DNA of 64,000 nucleotides, from NCBI RefSeq assembly GCF_963853765.1, contig NC_088854.1, positions 24,118,001 to 24,182,000 of the forward strand, written 5' to 3'. Positions within the stretch are counted from its first letter, which is position 1. Each line of letters opens with the position of its first letter. Under the pieces are notes generated by a model. The model saw nothing but the letters and a program-made list of their open reading frames with translations, did not search any database and had not been told where the DNA came from. Origin of the DNA: Magallana gigas (lineage: Eukaryota). Shown here piece after piece: positions 62,201 to 64,000 of this stretch. The position numbers were made by a program, and so were the translations under genes.

Positions 62201-63811
62201 ACATCTTGAGCAAGAGAAATGGCGTATATGCCCCCATTGGCATCGAGGTGAACAGCCATGACTGTACCATCAACTGTCAGCTGTACGAATTCATGAACCC
62301 AGACCTCGCCGGCCTTTCCGTCGGTCCACTCATCCAAACAATGTGTGAAAGATCTCAGAGGTACGCCATGTCCGGCAAAGTCGTCGTCGTCGTTGGAGCC
62401 GGAGGAAGCAGCAAGAAATTCATTTGGCCAGCCGCCAAGAAAGAAAACATCCGCGTAAGTTTCAATATTTTTGACTTTTTAAAAGTAATGTTCGAGCTTT
62501 CAATTGTTTGTTCTATGATTGAATAAAATGCCGCAAATTGAAATTCTTGTTTTTCACGCTTTACAGGTCGTCCTGGTTGACTGCTTGCCCAACCATGAAA
62601 TTCCCGATGTGGCCAGGTATCTGGAGTACGACTTTACCGACCACACCCAGGATGAGACCCATGCTAAGACCATCGTCCAGATGCTGCTGAAACATGGAGC
62701 TGAACTAGACGGCTGCTGCACCTTTTGGGAGGACTGCGTGCCTCTTGCTGCTCGCATCTGCGACATGCTGGACCTTGATGGCATCGGCCTAAAAGGAGCC
62801 ATGATCGCCAAGAAGAAGTCATCCACACAGAACACGCTGTGTGACCGTACTGCAGATATCCCCCACTTCCCCAGAACGTATCTGTACGCTGAGAGATGCC
62901 ACCACATTGAAAACGAGTGCGATTTGGAAAATGCTGAGAAAAGCGTCGAATTTCCCGCCATAATGAAACTGGAATACGGATCCAGTGCCGTTGGGGTTAA
63001 ACTTGTACATGACATGGGAGAGGCTAAGGAACACCTGAGTAGCCTACAAGAAAAACTAACATGTGAGGAGGACCACCCAGGGATTGGCCTTGGATATGGC
63101 AACAGCATGTTGATGATGAAATATCTGGAGGGCACAGAACACGACATTGATGTCGTTCTATACAACAGAAAACTAGTGGCCGCTTTTGTCTCTGATAATG
63201 GACCAACAAAGAAGGGCTTCTTCACAGAAACCGCCGCCTGCATGCCATCTTGTCTGCCAAAGGACAAGGTTGGACAGATTGTCACAGCAGCCTACCAGTG
63301 CTGTGTCGAAATCGGCCTAGTCAGTGGCGCCTTCAACGTGGAGATGAAAATGACCCCCGCGGGACCAAAGTTGATCGAAATCAATGCCCGTATGGGAGGA
63401 TTCTATCTCAGAGACTGGATCAAGGAGATCTACGGTGTTGATCTGCTCCGCTGTGTCTTCATGACCGCTTGTGGAATCAAACCTCTGATCAACAAACCCA
63501 AGCCACGCTACCAGATGATGGGAGTCATGTGCGTGCCATCCGTTCATGCGCCAATCTTCAAGAACTCTCAGACATACGATCTCATCAAAAATCTACACAC
63601 TATGGGCCACATCCGCTACAATGCCATCGAAGACGAAATCGAAGACGTGGATTTTGAGACCGAAGAGCCAATGTGTAACATTGCAGTCCACGCCGGTAAC
63701 GTGGCCCAAGCCAAAGAGAAACTCCTCAACTTCTGCACTTTGTTCCATCTAAGCACAGAAGAGTATGACGTGAATCACTTCTTGGGCAACTTCAAAGAAA
63801 ACATGATCTAG
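59248..63811 (+). CDS. CARNS1: Carnosine synthase 1-like ATP-grasp ligase (ATPGD1 family), 944 aa
   Basis: Exons 59248-59298, 60533-61339, 61452-61614, 61771-62076, 62192-62454, 62567-63811, all in phase. Two ATP-grasp modules: RRTDDKVLTR...VVVKPSG...GIEVNSHDC, and FPAIMKLEYGSSAVGVKLV...EHDIDVV...FVSDNGPT...FTETAACMPS...FNVEMK...KLIEINARMGGFY. The short first exon is less certain. Confidence 0.9.
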
Positions 63812-64000
63812 CGATAGGGTATGTGCCTTAATACCATCTAAAAGGCACATACACCCAAAAGCCTGAAGCTCGTTTGATCTAACAACAGAAATCCGTCATC
63901 AAACAGTGCAGTCCAATATTGTAACTTTATTATTTTCTTTTGTATTGTATTTCAATAACATTGTCAATGCGTTTAATATGTTTTTATCAAGAGTGTGTAA

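Noticed and set aside
60558-63752. Overlapping and antisense ORFs within CARNS1 (and similar ones in SLX4, ALG11, the BTB gene and RPS3A)
   Set aside because: Shadow frames of GC-richer coding exons, with no independent support.

Overview
Eukaryotic, AT-rich genomic DNA. It is almost certainly from an oyster (Magallana/Crassostrea gigas or a close relative), inferred from a 166-bp Cg170-type satellite carried in Helentron-type elements. Seven spliced protein-coding genes can be assembled from splice signals and reading-frame continuity: SLX4 (minus strand, 3' end runs off the window), ALG11 (minus), a BTB-BACK protein of BTBD17 type (plus), two tandem RPS3A/eS1 genes (minus), PDZD11 (plus, seven short exons almost absent from the ORF track, head-to-head with the canonical RPS3A) and a carnosine synthase-like ATP-grasp ligase (plus). 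Introns and intergenic DNA hold many non-autonomous transposons (HINE, Tc1/pogo, hAT, MULE, Kolobok-like, Academ-like, and a TRIM with tRNA-like LTRs). The most notable system is the RPS3A pair. One copy is canonical and hosts an intronic C/D snoRNA predicted to methylate the 18S rRNA position equivalent to yeast Gm1126. The other has an intact frame, a new and longer N-terminal tail, a diverged C-terminal exon and no snoRNA, while its core exons are nearly identical to the canonical copy despite introns with no evident similarity. This suggests a specialised eS1 paralog with exon-restricted homogenisation. All gene models were built by eye and no database search was run.
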